From the NCBI RefSeq assembly GCF_963921235.1, contig NC_086108.1, positions 28,646,001 through 28,710,000 on the forward strand: a DNA stretch of 64,000 nt, written 5' to 3'. This stretch comes from Mobula hypostoma. Taxonomy: Eukaryota. This document shows, in pieces, positions 36,952 through 49,329 of the stretch. Each line of letters opens with the position of its first letter. The stretch's first letter is position 1. A model generated the notes under the pieces. That model worked only from the letters and a program-made list of their open reading frames with translations. It was not told the DNA's origin and ran no database searches. The position numbers and the translations under genes are program-made.

Positions 36952-39449
36952 ACACACACAAAATGCTGGAGGAACTCAGCAGGTCAGGCAGCATCTACAG
37001 AAATGAATAAACAGTTGACATTTCAGGCTGAGACCCTTCATCAGGACTGGAAAGAAGGGAGGAAGGGGGGGGAACATTGAGGGGGAGGGAGCGTTGACTC
37101 AGACCATGAGAGTCCCGTGTCGGGCATTTTCTTGCCTTACAAGGGGCAGGGGGAGGAAGACTTCAAAATAAAAAGGTTGAGGGAGGGGAAGGAGGACAGC
37201 TAGAAGGTGATAGGTGAAGCCAGGTGGGTGGAAAAGGGTAAAGAACTAGAGAAGGAATCTGATAAGAGAGGAGAGTGGACCCTGGGACAAAGGGAAGGAG
37301 GGGCACCAGGGTGACATATTAGACAGGTATGGAGAAGAAGTAACAGGCCAGAGTGCGGAATAGAAAAAGAGGGAAGAGGGAGGAAGGAAAAATCAATGCT
37401 AGAAGGGAGTGGAGGCTACCTTGACATAATATGAGGTGTTGCTCCTCCACCCTGGAGTTGGTCTCATCATGGCACAAGAGGAGGCCATGGACCAACATGT
37501 TGGAATAGGAATGGGGATAGGAATTAAAAGGTTTGGCCACCAGGAAATCCACTTTTGGCAGATGGAGTTGAGGTGCTCGACAAAGCAGTCCCCCGAATTT
37601 ATGTGGGGTCTTACCAATGTACAGGAGGCTGCACCAGGAGCACTGGATACAATAGACAATGTCAACAGATTCACAGCTGAAGCCTATCTCATCTGGAAGA
37701 ACTACTTAGGGCCCTGAATGGAGGTAAAGGAGAAAAATGGGCAGATGTAGCATTTCTGTCACTTGCAGGGATATGTGCCACAAATGGACAAAGAAATCAT
37801 AGAGCGAGCAATCCCTGCGGAAAGAGAAGGATGGGGTGGGGGGAGGTAAAGATGTGTTTGGTCATATATATCCCCATTGAAGATGGCAGAAGTTGCAGAG
37901 AATGATGAGCTGGTTGTGGAGGCTCATGGGGTAGTAGGCAAGCACAAGAGGAACCCTATCCCTCTTAAGGCAGCAGGAAGTTGGGATGAAAGCAGACATC
38001 TGGGAAATGGAGGAGATAAAGGTGAAGGCAGCATTACTGGTAGAAGTAGTGAAATCCCATTCTTTGAAGAAGTAGAACATCTGTGACATCCTAGCAAAGA
38101 AAATCTCTTCCTGTGACCAGATGCAGCAGTGAAGGAGGAATTGAGAAAAGGGAATTACATTTTTACAGGAGATAGGGTAGGAAGAGGTATAGTCAAGATC
38201 ATTGGTTGGTTTATAAAGGATATCAGAAAATAGTTTGTCTCCAAAGATGGAGACAGAGAGATCAAGAAAGGGGAGAGAGGTGCCAGAAACAGATGAAGTG
38301 AATTTAAGGGCAGGGTGAAAGTTGGAGGCAAAGTTTATGAAATTACAAGCTCAGCATGGGTGTATGAAGCAGCACCAATGTAGTCGTCAATGAAGCCCAG
38401 TAGGAGCATTACCAGGGAAGGCTTGGAACATAGACTGTTCTATGTAGCCAGTGAAACCTACACAGGTGTCCATGGCCACCCTTTGAGTTTGAAGGAAGTT
38501 AGAGAAGCCAAAAGAGAAATTGTTGAGGCTGAGGACCAGTTCTGCTAGACAGAAGAGGGTGGTGATGGAATGGATCTGGTTGGGTGTTTTGTCAGGAAAG
38601 ATGTGGAGAGCTTTAAGGCCTCTTTGATGGGGGATGGAAATATATAGGGACAGAGTATCCATGATGAAAATGAGGCGGTCAGGGCCTGGGAATTGAAAGT
38701 TATTGAGGAGTCAACCGCAAGTGAAGTATTGTGATGTAGGTGGGAAGGGAGTGAACCAAGGGGAGTAGAATCAAGTCGAGCTATGCGGACATGAGTTCAG
38801 TGGGGCAAGAGCAGGCAGAGATAATGGGCATACCAGAAATTCATGTTTGTGGATCTTGGGTGGTAGGTAGAAACAAGCAGTGCGGGGTTAGGGAACCATG
38901 AGTTTGGTGGCGATGGATGGGATATCTCTACAGTTGATGAGATTAGTGATGGTGTCAGAGACCATTTTCTGATGATCCAGACTGAGTGGGGTCCTTTTCA
39001 AGGGGAAAGTAAGAGGTATCTGAGAGTTGTCGCCTGGCCTCAGCAAGGTAATGATCAGTTTGGCACACTACAACACAGCGGGTTTGATGGTAAGATTGCA
39101 GTTGGTGCAGAGAGGGTGGAGGGCAGTGCATTCAGAGGCGGTAAGCTTCGAGGAGAAGGGAGGAGTACTGAAGTTGAGCCGGTTGATGTCTCGTCAGCAA
39201 TTAGAAATGAAAAGACCGAGAGCAGGCAGAGTACCAGGGTGGGTGTCCAAGAGGAGGAGGAGAGTTGGAGACAGAGGAAGGGGTCATTAGTTCAGGGTGG
39301 GGAATTCTTACCAAAGAAGTGGATTTGGAGACAGAGGCAACAGAAGAAAAGCTCGGAACTCACCAAGGTGTGGGAGAATGGAGACAAAGGCAAGACTGTA
39401 GCTTTGGACAAAACATTCCACCTCAGAGAGGGGAAGGTCGGAAGGACGT
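36952..39449 (-). mobile_element. Penelope-like element (RT plus GIY-YIG remnants, pseudo-LTR with hammerhead motif)
   Basis: MDTLSLYISIPH..LAELVLSLNNFSF..VAM (PLE RT), DRVPLVLAY, and IVYCIQCSWCSLLYIGKT (GIY-YIG, about 37610-37665). Confidence 0.9.
37012..37049 (-). ncRNA. Minimal type I hammerhead ribozyme motif (PLE)
   Basis: cagtc-CUGAUGA-agggucucagccu-GAAA-ug-UC-aacug; core intact, stem I and stem III carry CpG-type changes. Confidence 0.7.
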
Positions 39450-40141
39450 GAAATTTATAATTTTCCAGCAGCAGCACGAAGACATAAATCTATAAATTAC
39501 AAAAATAAATGAATAGTGAGAGAAAAAAACAGATAGTGTTCATTGGTTCATGGACAGTCCAGAAATCTGATGGTGGAGGGGAAAAAATTGTTCCAAAATC
39601 GTTGAATATGTCCCTTTAGGCTCCCTGATGGTAAAGGAGAATACTTGCAACTCCAGATTTTGTGGGTCCTTTGTGATGGATGCCCCCTTCTAGAGGTACC
39701 ACCTCTTAATGGTGTCATCAGTTGTGGGGAAAATTGTGCCCATGATGGAACTGGCGAAGTTTATAACCATTTGCACCTCTTGTGATCCTGTGCACTGGAT
39801 ACCGGCCTATGATGCAATCAGATTATTCTCCACCATTCATCTACAGGAGTTTGTAGGAGCCTTTGTTGACATATTGAATCTTCTCAAACTCCTCATGAAA
39901 AGGAGCCACTGACATGCCTTCTTTGTGACTGCATGAAGTATTAGGCCCAGGATCGATCTACTGAGGTACTGACACTTAGGAACTTGAAGATGCTCACCCT
40001 TTCCACCACTAACCTCTCAAAGAGGACTAGTGTGTGTTCTCCTGACTTCCCCTTCTTGAAGTCCATAATCATTTCCTTGGTCTTGCTGATATTGAGTATG
40101 AGGTGGTTGTTGAAACATCACTCAAACAGCCAGTCTATCTC
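39450..40141 (-). mobile_element. Old Rex1/Babar-type fragment
   Basis: Collinear with 17530-18320. Confidence 0.75.
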
Positions 40142-43100
40142 AGTTAAGGACTGCCCTTATTGTTCTGGCTGAGTACTTATTTAGTGGACTGGGTTAGCAT
40201 GAAGGTGCTAAGTATATTTGGAATAATTGTTCCATGCTGGACTCGTCTGCCAAAAATAAAAGCAAACTAAACATGCTTGCCTACTATTTGAGGCAGAGAT
40301 TTCATCCCAACATTTCAGATTAGAATCAAACCTACAATTCACATACAATGCCCACCTACTAGTCTTCCACGTTTAAGCTTTATATTTTTGTTTCAAAATC
40401 AGCCAAAGTGCTGAACTACTAGCTTCACTATACTGTTGTTATTTTCTCTCTTCTTGCAACATATCATCTCCTAGCATTTCAGGTGCAAAATATAAACTGC
40501 TTGTTGGAAGAACTCAGTGGGTCATGCAACATTGGTAGAGGTAAAGAGATGGTCGATGTTTCAGTTGAAGACCACCCCTTTGCCTCCACAGATGCTACTA
40601 GATCTGCTGAGTTCTTCCAGCAATTTGCTTTTGTGATCAGAATCCAACATCTGCAGTCTCTTGCGTCTTCTAGGAAAATCCTAAATCATTTTAGAATGAT
40701 CTAGGGCAACCAGGTTCAATATCCCACTTCCACTAAAAAAGTAACAAAAGAACAGCCATGAAAATCTACTATTCAGCAACAACAAAGTCCTAAGATTATC
40801 ATAATTTTACTACATTTGAGATGCTTACAGTAAAAATGATTCCAAAGCTTTCCTGCACTGTCATATGCATTAGGATCAACTGAGAAGGAAATGGAGAGAA
40901 GTGGTGCAAGAAGAACCCACACTACATTAATTTCACTAATGTGATACAACAGTGACACCTCATGGAGGAGACGATTAGCCACATGTACAATCTAGTGAAG
41001 TACTAACCTGACTATAATGAAAGATGAAGTCTCTGAGGTAAGATTACTCATGTCAGTTAGAATGATGGAATATAAAATACTGAATTCCACTTCCAGCAAA
41101 AATCAATTTGGGTTATCTGCTACCACTGTATATTTAACTATAATACATGTTTTGCCACTGACTATTTAGCTAAAACATTTGTAGATTTGGCATGGGGATA
41201 CAGCAAAACTTAACTACACTGGCAAGTAGTGGTTTACTGAGATGTACAAGCTCATCTGTTAAAAGAACATTTCAACACTAGAACATTACTTTGCTCTATT
41301 GGAAAAGTAAACCAAACTTATTTATCATTACTTATTCTTAATGGATAAATCTTAAATTAAAAAAAACAAGCACATGGTGAGGTTAGTTGTTTAAAGTAAA
41401 CTCAGAATACTCCTGAAAGCAATAAAAAAAAAACTTTGTTTCCATCATTCAACAATTCATCATTCCAATGACAATAATAATCACAATATATGTAATAAAT
41501 AAATGGATCCACTGCAAAAAAAAAAGCAAGAAACAGTAGCATCTTAATGTCGATGATACTGAGCACTTGTTTCATTGTTGGTTGTAACTTGCCTCATTTA
41601 ATTAAATGAATATACCAAAACTAACACAACAGCATGCATTCATTAACAAAATGTGCATGGGACTATACAGAGGGTAGGATTATCTAAAGTATTATTAAAG
41701 GATTATCATGCAGTAGTCAATAAACTATGTAGTCTATCAAAATGCTATAACTTTCACTATATTTAGCCCTTGAAAATTGTAATTGGTTTATTAATGTCAC
41801 AAGTACTTAGGATTGCAGAAAAGCTTGTCTTGCATACTGAACATAAAAATCAGATCATTACACGATGTATTGAGGTAGAACAATGCAGAATAATTAAGTA
41901 AGTGCAATTACGAAGAAAGCATGGAAGTGCCTCTAGTTCCTTAGGAGTTTGCAGACTTGACATGACATCTAAAACTTTGTCGAACTTCCATTGATTATGT
42001 TGTGGTTATCATTCTGTGGATTTATTGAGTAGGTCCACAAGGAAATGAATCTCAGAACTGTATATGGTGACATATATTTACTTTGATAATAAATTTACTA
42101 TGAACTGAATAATGTGTAACAGTACAAAGAAACTACAGTGCAGGTAAACAATAAGCTTTAACAGCATAATGAAGTGGATTGTGACATCAAAAGTCCATCT
42201 TGTCAAACTTATAAAAGGAGGGTAAAAGCTATTCCTGAGCCCAGTACGTACATGCTCTCAAGCTTTTAGATCTTCTGGCCAATAGAAGAATGGAGAGAAT
42301 GTCCAGGTTACATGGTGTCTTTGATTGTGCTGGCTGCTTTACTGAGGCAGCAAGAACTATTGATGTATCCATAGAGGGGTTAGTTTCCATGATGTGCTGA
42401 GCTGTGTCCACAACTCCGCAGCTTCTTGTAGTAATGTGCAGAATAGTTGCCATACCTAACTGTTATTCATCCAGATAGGATGTTTCTTAGAATTCAGAGA
42501 TTCAAAATGATTCCAAAGGAACTAAAGGAGAGATGAGAATAAATCCTTCACATGGTAGGCTGTTATGAAATACACTACCTGACAGTGTAGAGAAACTGAT
42601 GTGACTGAAACTTGGAAGATAATTGGAACGTACATGAAAAGCTGGTCATCATTCCACATCATAGGATATGCCAGCACTCTTAAAAAATTAGCTAAAACAT
42701 TGTACAACTGTTATATTCTCCAAAGAAGCAAACAAACTATTTGCATCTTTCAGGATATCAAATGGTATTTGATAATGTTTACCAAAATGCCATGGGCTTT
42801 TTTCTTGTCATAATGGGTGCTACATAAGATATTAAGCGTAGATGCTTATTCTTTTCACAGGTTCATCTTCAATATCTTTGAAGACAAATAACTGGAAAAC
42901 AAAATAATTCATTTCACAAGGGAAGTCCAAATTACTTTCAGATAGTGATAATAAAATTAGGAATGCACTACACTTGCCCAATTGAATTGATTATTTGTAA
43001 ACTATGGAAAACATCAGCTGAGATTATCAAACATCATTCTGAAGACTTATTGCATCAGTACCTTTTAAACCTCAACAAACGAGGTTGAGAGGCATCAAAG

Positions 43101-43239
43101 GGAAGGGTGGGATCAAATTATGCACATTAAAAAGTAGAATAATTACAAAGAAAAGGGAATTCCATATGAAGAAATGCAATGAATAATAATATGGAGTTTC
43201 CTCCGAACCATCAACTTGGAGATGCAAGGGATTCTGCTT

Positions 43240-43730
43240 AACTGGATCACTGGTTAATCTGGACAGCCTTTTTTTTTGGGACAACTGTTAAACAACAAAA
43301 ACTAATCCAGAAAATTGCTGGTATTCCCTTTGTTTATTTGGGACACTATGCCACTTAATTGGGACAGAAGACTGTTGCGGAGCAGTTTCTAACTAATGTC
43401 AGTCATGTACACGTGCATGGTTGTTAGATATTACGCAAACAACAGGAATTCTGCAGATGCTGGAAATTCAAGCAACACACATCAAAGTTGCTGGTGAACG
43501 CAGCAGGCCAAGCAGCATCTGTAGGAAGAGGTGCAGTCGACGTTTCAGGCCGAGACCCTTTGTCAGGACTAACTTCAGTTTATACTACTGTAGACATATT
43601 GATAGCTCTAATTTGTTGTGTATTTCATTTAAATTCATAATTTATTACTCAGTTAAATAGTAGTTCATCTTTTTAATTGCGCCAAAATGCACTGGTGCTG
43701 ATGTGTCCTAATTAACCAGAATCCACTGTA
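43240..43730. mobile_element. Partial copy of the Tigger-like element (as 8880 and 57999) with nested PLE piece
   Basis: tatttgggacactatgccacttaattgggac internal motif; ends tgtcctaattaaccagaatccactg|ta. Confidence 0.7.
43434..43574 (-). mobile_element. Short PLE terminal insertion containing a full hammerhead motif (43535-43570)
   Basis: Minus strand: aguc-CUGACAA-agggucucggccu-GAAA-cg-UC-gacu; perfect 4-bp stem I; G-to-A change in CUGANGA. Confidence 0.8.
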
Positions 43731-43761
43731 TTTAATCTTGCTTTTCTCCATGTAATATTAC

Positions 43762-43858
43762 CTTAGTCTTCCATTCTGGGTCTAATTCCTTTACAGCTGT
43801 AACATATTCCTCCATAGCCTGTTGTGCAGTCATATCACCCATCTCCTTCCATGCTTCC
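43762..43858 (-). CDS. ACBD6: ACBD6 coding exon 3
   Basis: ctgacag|G GAA GCA TGG... = (W)EAWKEMGDMTAQQAMEEYVTAVKELDPEWKTK; 97 nt; donor AAG|gtaata; completes the ACB domain (KWEAW...AMEEY). Confidence 0.95.
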
Positions 43859-44321
43859 CTGTCAGTAAATAAAAAGCTAATTAAATTGGAGAAACTTAAA
43901 AGAAAACTAAGTGTTTCGATTCAGTTTGTCTCATCAGATAAGCTTCTGGTCAGAAACTTCAGTTCCCATTCTGCATTTGCCTCCTCATATCTGATGGGAC
44001 AGTTCTGATACCATCTCCCCTCCCATAATTCAACAGCAACACCCTGGACAAACAAGCCTCGTCAGTGAGTCTATTCTGTAGAGGTATTACCGATTACCAA
44101 ATTCAGTCCGCAGAAGCAAAGTGGGCAGGTTTCTAATATTGCCTCTATTCAAGTTACTATAGGAAGCCCATGCTGATTCCACTTAAACAGTAATGCTCAA
44201 ATCTGAGCAGTAAAAAAAAAGGTACCTTTTAACATATAAAAGAAAAACAATTTTAAAAACTCGAATTAATATATGGACAAAATGAAAGACAATTGCCAAG
44301 CATTGAGATGATTTTCCTCCA

Positions 44322-44620
44322 AGACAGCCACAACCTCGTTGTAGGGTTTGGAGGCTTATGTGCCTTAATGACCTGGTGAGCTATGTTGGCTGGAGTCAGG
44401 ACTTCGTGCTTTGGCTCTTGTTAGCGTCACCCATGCTGAACAGGTCAAAGGGTAGAGGCCAGAATAAGAGGCATCCACTGATCCTCCAGATTTGGGGGGT
44501 CAGCTTGGTCAAAAAAAATTGTTACAGAAACAGCAACAAAGAATCCTTCTATACAGTCAGAGATGGAGGACCTTCATTGCTGCCCTAAACATCAGCGACA
44601 TAATGAGCAGTAAGTAATAA
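44322..44620 (+). mobile_element. Short non-autonomous RTE-derived element (5' UTR fused to 3' tail)
   Basis: Head cctcgttgtagggtttggaggctt..aatgacc..gagctatg..cacccatgctgaacaggtc resembles recalled RTE (BovB/Rex3) 5' ends; tail ends agtaagtaa. Confidence 0.55.
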
Positions 44621-44772
44621 ATGGTTTTGTTTTCATTTCAGGGCTTCATCAAACCTCAGAATGAATTCTTTCCCACTATATTCAGTTTACTTTATCCCTC
44701 TATTCTCTGAAAAATATTTTCACTGTTTTTAAAACAGATCTATTCAAAAATGCTTCCGTTTTATGTACCTAC

Positions 44773-44837
44773 CATTTCTGTCTGCCTTCAAAGTCAAAGA
44801 ATCCAGGCTTTGGAATATTGCATTTTCCAAATTTGGC
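44773..44837 (-). CDS. ACBD6: ACBD6 coding exon 2
   Basis: ttctgttttctag|GCC AAA TTT GGA AAA TGC... = AKFGKCNIPKPGFFDFEGRQK(W); 65 nt; donor TG|gtaggt; phases fit exons 1 and 3. Confidence 0.95.
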
Positions 44838-45392
44838 CTAGAAAACAGAACATAAGGATAACTGATCAAACCATTGTTAATTACAATAGCAATAGGTCCA
44901 ATATAATAAACATTATGTTACAGAAAATATTCAGAATTGTTGATCCTCTGCTTTTAACAGTCTTTAATGTTTAGATCCTCCAAGTGAGAGACAAGAAATA
45001 GTTCATAACTAAAAGAGAATGCAGCAAGAGGAGCAGTCAATGTTCTATGTCAATAACCCTTTATCACATGGTGAAACATGATGAGGGAAAAAAGTCATTA
45101 ACCTGGGATAGCAATTCTGTTTCTGTCTCCACACTGGCTGACTATTCCTAGCATTTACTGCTTTCGTTTCAGATTTCAGCATCTCAAGTACTCACTTCAT
45201 CTGCAATGAAATTATTCAATCTCATTTCACTGGTCTGGTGTAAAGAAAAACTTACATTATATTCCTCCTTGGTATTTGCTAAAATGTGTAACCAAAATGG
45301 AAGTTTGTAAGACAAAATGGTATTGGTCTGGAATGTAGGGATGAGGAACTACAAGGGAACCAGTCCACAGGAATGTTTTATGAACTTAGTGT

Positions 45393-46806
45393 CTTAGCTC
45401 CTCTTCCCTTTTTGTTTTCTAAGATTAGTAGACAAGATTTTAATCCCATTATTAAACATACATTAAGAACTTGGTTTCAGTTTCGTAGATTTTTTTGAGT
45501 TAAATAATTTTATTCTTTCTTGTAATATCCATCTGAATTTTTTTTAAACCATCAATTTTGGATAAGGCCTTTTAAATTTGGAAAACCAAGGGAATAATAA
45601 CCTTTTCAGATTTGTTTTTAGGGGACTGTTTAATGTCTTTTTCTCAGTTAGTGGATAAATATGATTTATCTAATGTACACTTTTTTAGATATTTACAAAT
45701 TAGGAATTTTTTACGTGGATTGTTGCCAAATTACCCTTCTGCCTATCCACCTAATATGACAGACACTCTCTTTCAGTTTAAACCATTTCAAAAAGGGTTG
45801 ATAGCTATAATCTATAAACGGTTATTGAACTCACGAATGATATCTAATGATAAAATTAAACGCGCTTGGGGACCGGAATTTCAAGAGTCATTTTCAGATT
45901 ATCAATGGAGTAAAATTTTTCATTTGGTTAACAGCTCATCTATTTGTGCCCGTCATTCCTTGATACAGTTCAAGGTAGTCATCGGGCCCATATATCAAAG
46001 AATAAACTAGCGCGTTATTTTCTCCAATATCAATCCTATTTGTGACAGATGTAATACTGAGCTGGCCACTTTAACTCATATGTATTGGTCTTGTATAAAG
46101 CTAGATAACTTGTAGAGAGATGTTTTTAAAATACTATCAAAAGTCTTGGATCTGGATCTACAACCTAATTTGCTTTGGGCAATTTTTGCGATTATCCCAT
46201 CGGAAGCAGGAAATATTCCTGTTTCCACTCAACTTATGATCGCCTTTTCAACCTTACTGGCCAGGAGAGCCATTTTATTGAAGTGGAAGGATTCTAATCC
46301 ACCTACGGTCTTTTATTGGCTCTCCTCCATTATGTCCTGTTGAGAAAATAAGAAGTCGGACATTTGATACATCCTTTAAATTTGAGCAAATCTGGCGACC
46401 TTTTATCCAATATTTTCATTTAATTTGATTTATTATTCTTATCAATCTTTTTTTCTGAAGTTTTAGATTTGATCAGAAAGTCTTTCTTTCTTTTTTTTTG
46501 GTCATATCCTCAAAATGGACTGCCCAGGCCCTTGTTTTTTGTTTCTTTTTTTATATAGTGTAGTGGGTTTTTTTTCCTCTCCATTTAAAACTCAATGTTT
46601 TTTCTTTCCTCTTCATGAACTGATAAGAGGAGAATTGCTGTTTTCATTTTTTTATTATATATTTTATACTAGCTTAACAATATGTATGATTTTGACAATG
46701 TCTATCTTAATCTGTTTGTATTGTCACTGATATATATATCTGAGATAATTCTCCTCTTGATTGTATTTATGCTCCTTTTAAATTAATAAGAAGAAAGAAA
46801 AAAAAA
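45393..46806 (+). mobile_element. 5'-truncated L1-clade LINE
   Basis: FFRYLQIRNF, SSICARHSLIQFKV, CDRC...THMYWSC zinc motif, ARRAILLKWK; poly(A) tail; 11-bp TSD gaacttagtgt. Confidence 0.92.
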
Positions 46807-47164
46807 GAACTTAGTGTGAGTTCCAGTCTGCAGCCTTGAGAATAGATGATAATGAAAAACATGTTGGTTTGAATAAAGGGGCCTTGAATGGTATAAAAAG
46901 GTGCAATTTCTTTGTTCCAGTGGGAGTCTTCACTTAGGATAGGTCACAACTAGTACTAAGAGCTAAAGACAAGGACATCAAGACTCCAAGAAAGCGCAAG
47001 AGAAAGCTGGTGTAACTTACATACCATAAATGTTGTCTTACAATTGATGAGTTAATTCAGCTATAGGGGCCTTCTTCAATTGCACAGTTGATTTTTCTCA
47101 GTAGTGATTTTCAACCAGATTAAGATGCTATGATTTACACGCAGATTTCTGTGCTGAATTACAC

Positions 47165-48190
47165 AGCACATAGAACAGTAAACAGTACAGCACAGCACAG
47201 TGCAGGCCCATCAGCCCTCAACGTTGTGCAACCCTTTAATCTACACTACAATCAATCTAAACCTTTGCTCCCATATAGGCCTCAATTTTTCTTTCAGCCA
47301 TGTGCCTATCTGAGAGTCTCTTAAATGTCCCTGCTATATCTGCTTCTACCACCAGCCCTGGCAGTGCATTCCTTGGACTTACTATCTGTGTAAAAAGCCT
47401 ACCTCTGACATGCCTACTGTACTTTCCTCCAAACACCTTAAACTATTGCCACCCCGGGAAAGGTGCTGGGTGTCCAACTATCTATGCCTCTGTACACCTC
47501 TATCAAGTCACCTCCCATCCTCCTTCGCTCCAAGGAATAAAGCCCTAACTTGCTCAACCTTTCCTCATAAAACATGCTCTCTAATCTAGGCAGCATTCAG
47601 ATAAATCTCCTCTGCGCTCTCTCAAAAGCTTCCACCACATCTTTGACCAGAGCTGAACACAAAATTCCAAGTGTGATCTAACCTGAGTTTCATAGAGCTG
47701 CAGCATTACCTCCTGACTCCTGAACTCCATCCCCTGATTAATGAAGACAAACGCACCATATGCTTTTTTAACCACACTATCAATCTGTGCAACCACTTTG
47801 AGCTAAGACTCACTGGTATATTATTCCCAGGGTTATCACTATTATCTTTCCTGAACAAAGGAATAACATTTGGCATCCTCCAATCTTCTGCTACTACTTC
47901 TGTGGCGAGCGAGGACACAAAAATTATCACTAATAGCTCCAGAGACTTATCTATCCTAATGTTTTTCAAAAGTTCCAACACATCTTCTTTCTTAACCTCA
48001 ACAGGTTCCAGCACATTAGCCTGTTCTACCTTGACCTGACCTTCATCAAACTCCCTCTCACTGATGAATACTAAAGCAAAATATTCATTAAGGACCTCCC
48101 TTACCTACTTTGACTGCAGGCACAAGTTTTCTTGCTCTTCCCATATCACTCTAATCATCCTCCAGTTCTTTATGTATATGTAGAATGCCC
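47165..48190 (-). mobile_element. CR1 LINE, internally deleted
   Basis: EDWRMPNVIPLFRK and VMLQLYETQVRSHLEFCVQ motifs. Confidence 0.85.
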
Positions 48191-48349
48191 TGGATGACTA
48201 GAAATTAAACAAGTAAACATTATTTAATTTCATCAATGTGGGATTATAGATTCCTTCCTCTGCTTTTCTTTGACACAGTGAGTGTTCAGATTAATTACAG
48301 GACTCATCAGTTAATGTTAAAGCCTTAAAAAGAAACAAAACTACAACCA

Positions 48350-49325
48350 GGTTCTCAGAATATATATATATATATAAAATTTATATCCCATTTTTATATA
48401 TAAAAAATAAGCAGCACAAAAATAGACCAAGAAAAGAAAAAAAATATACTGAAGTACTGTTCCTAAGATGTGTGTGTATCTTCAGGCCCCTGTACCTCCT
48501 CCTTCAGATCAGCAATGAAAAGAGGGCATATCCTGCCTGACGGGGATCCTTAATGATGGATGCAGCCTTTTAGAGGCATCGCCTTTTGAAGGTGTCCTCA
48601 ATGCTAGGGAGGCTAGTGCCCAGATGGAGCTGGCTGAGTTTGCAACTTTCTGCAGCTTTTACCAATCCTGCACAGTATTCCCCCCGCCCCAAAACACCAG
48701 TTGCTGAACCACCAGTTAGAATGCTCTCCACGGTACATCTGTAGAAATTTGTATGTTTTTGGTAACATACCAAGATTTCTCAAACTCCTAATAAAATGTA
48801 GCCACTGTTGTACCTTCTGTGTAATTGCATCAATATGTTGGGCCCAGGTTAGTTCTTCAGAGATGTTGACACCCAGGAATTTGAAACTGCTCACCCTTTC
48901 CAATGCTGATCCCTGAATGAGGACTGGTATGTGTTCCCTCGGCATCCTCTTCCTGAAGTCCATAGTCAATTCCTTGGTCTTACTGATGTGGACTGCAAGG
49001 TTGTAGTTGTGATACCACTCAACCAGCTGATCTACCTCCCTCCTGAACGCCTCCTCGTCACCATCCAAAATTCTGTCGACAATAATGGTGTCTTCGGCAA
49101 ATTTATAGATGGTGTTTGAGCTGTGCCTACCCACACAATCGTGAGTGTAGAGGGAGTACAGCAGTGGGCTGAGCACACATCCTTGAGGTGCACAAGTTTT
49201 GGTTGTCAGTGAGGAGGAGATGTTATTTCTGATCCATACTGTGGTCTCCCACTGAGGCAGACAAGGATCCAGTAGCAGAGGGAGCTACACAGGCCTAGGT
49301 TTTGAAGCTTGTTGATAAGTACTGA
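48350..49325 (-). mobile_element. Rex1/Babar-type LINE fragment
   Basis: LSPLLYSLYTHDC, KTKELTMDFRK and FKFLGVNISEELTW motifs. Confidence 0.9.
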
Positions 49326-49329
49326 GGGT

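Noticed and set aside
37075..37150. Short foreign segment inside the PLE purine tract
   Set aside because: Probably another retroposon tail, but no second copy or clear TSD in the window to support a call
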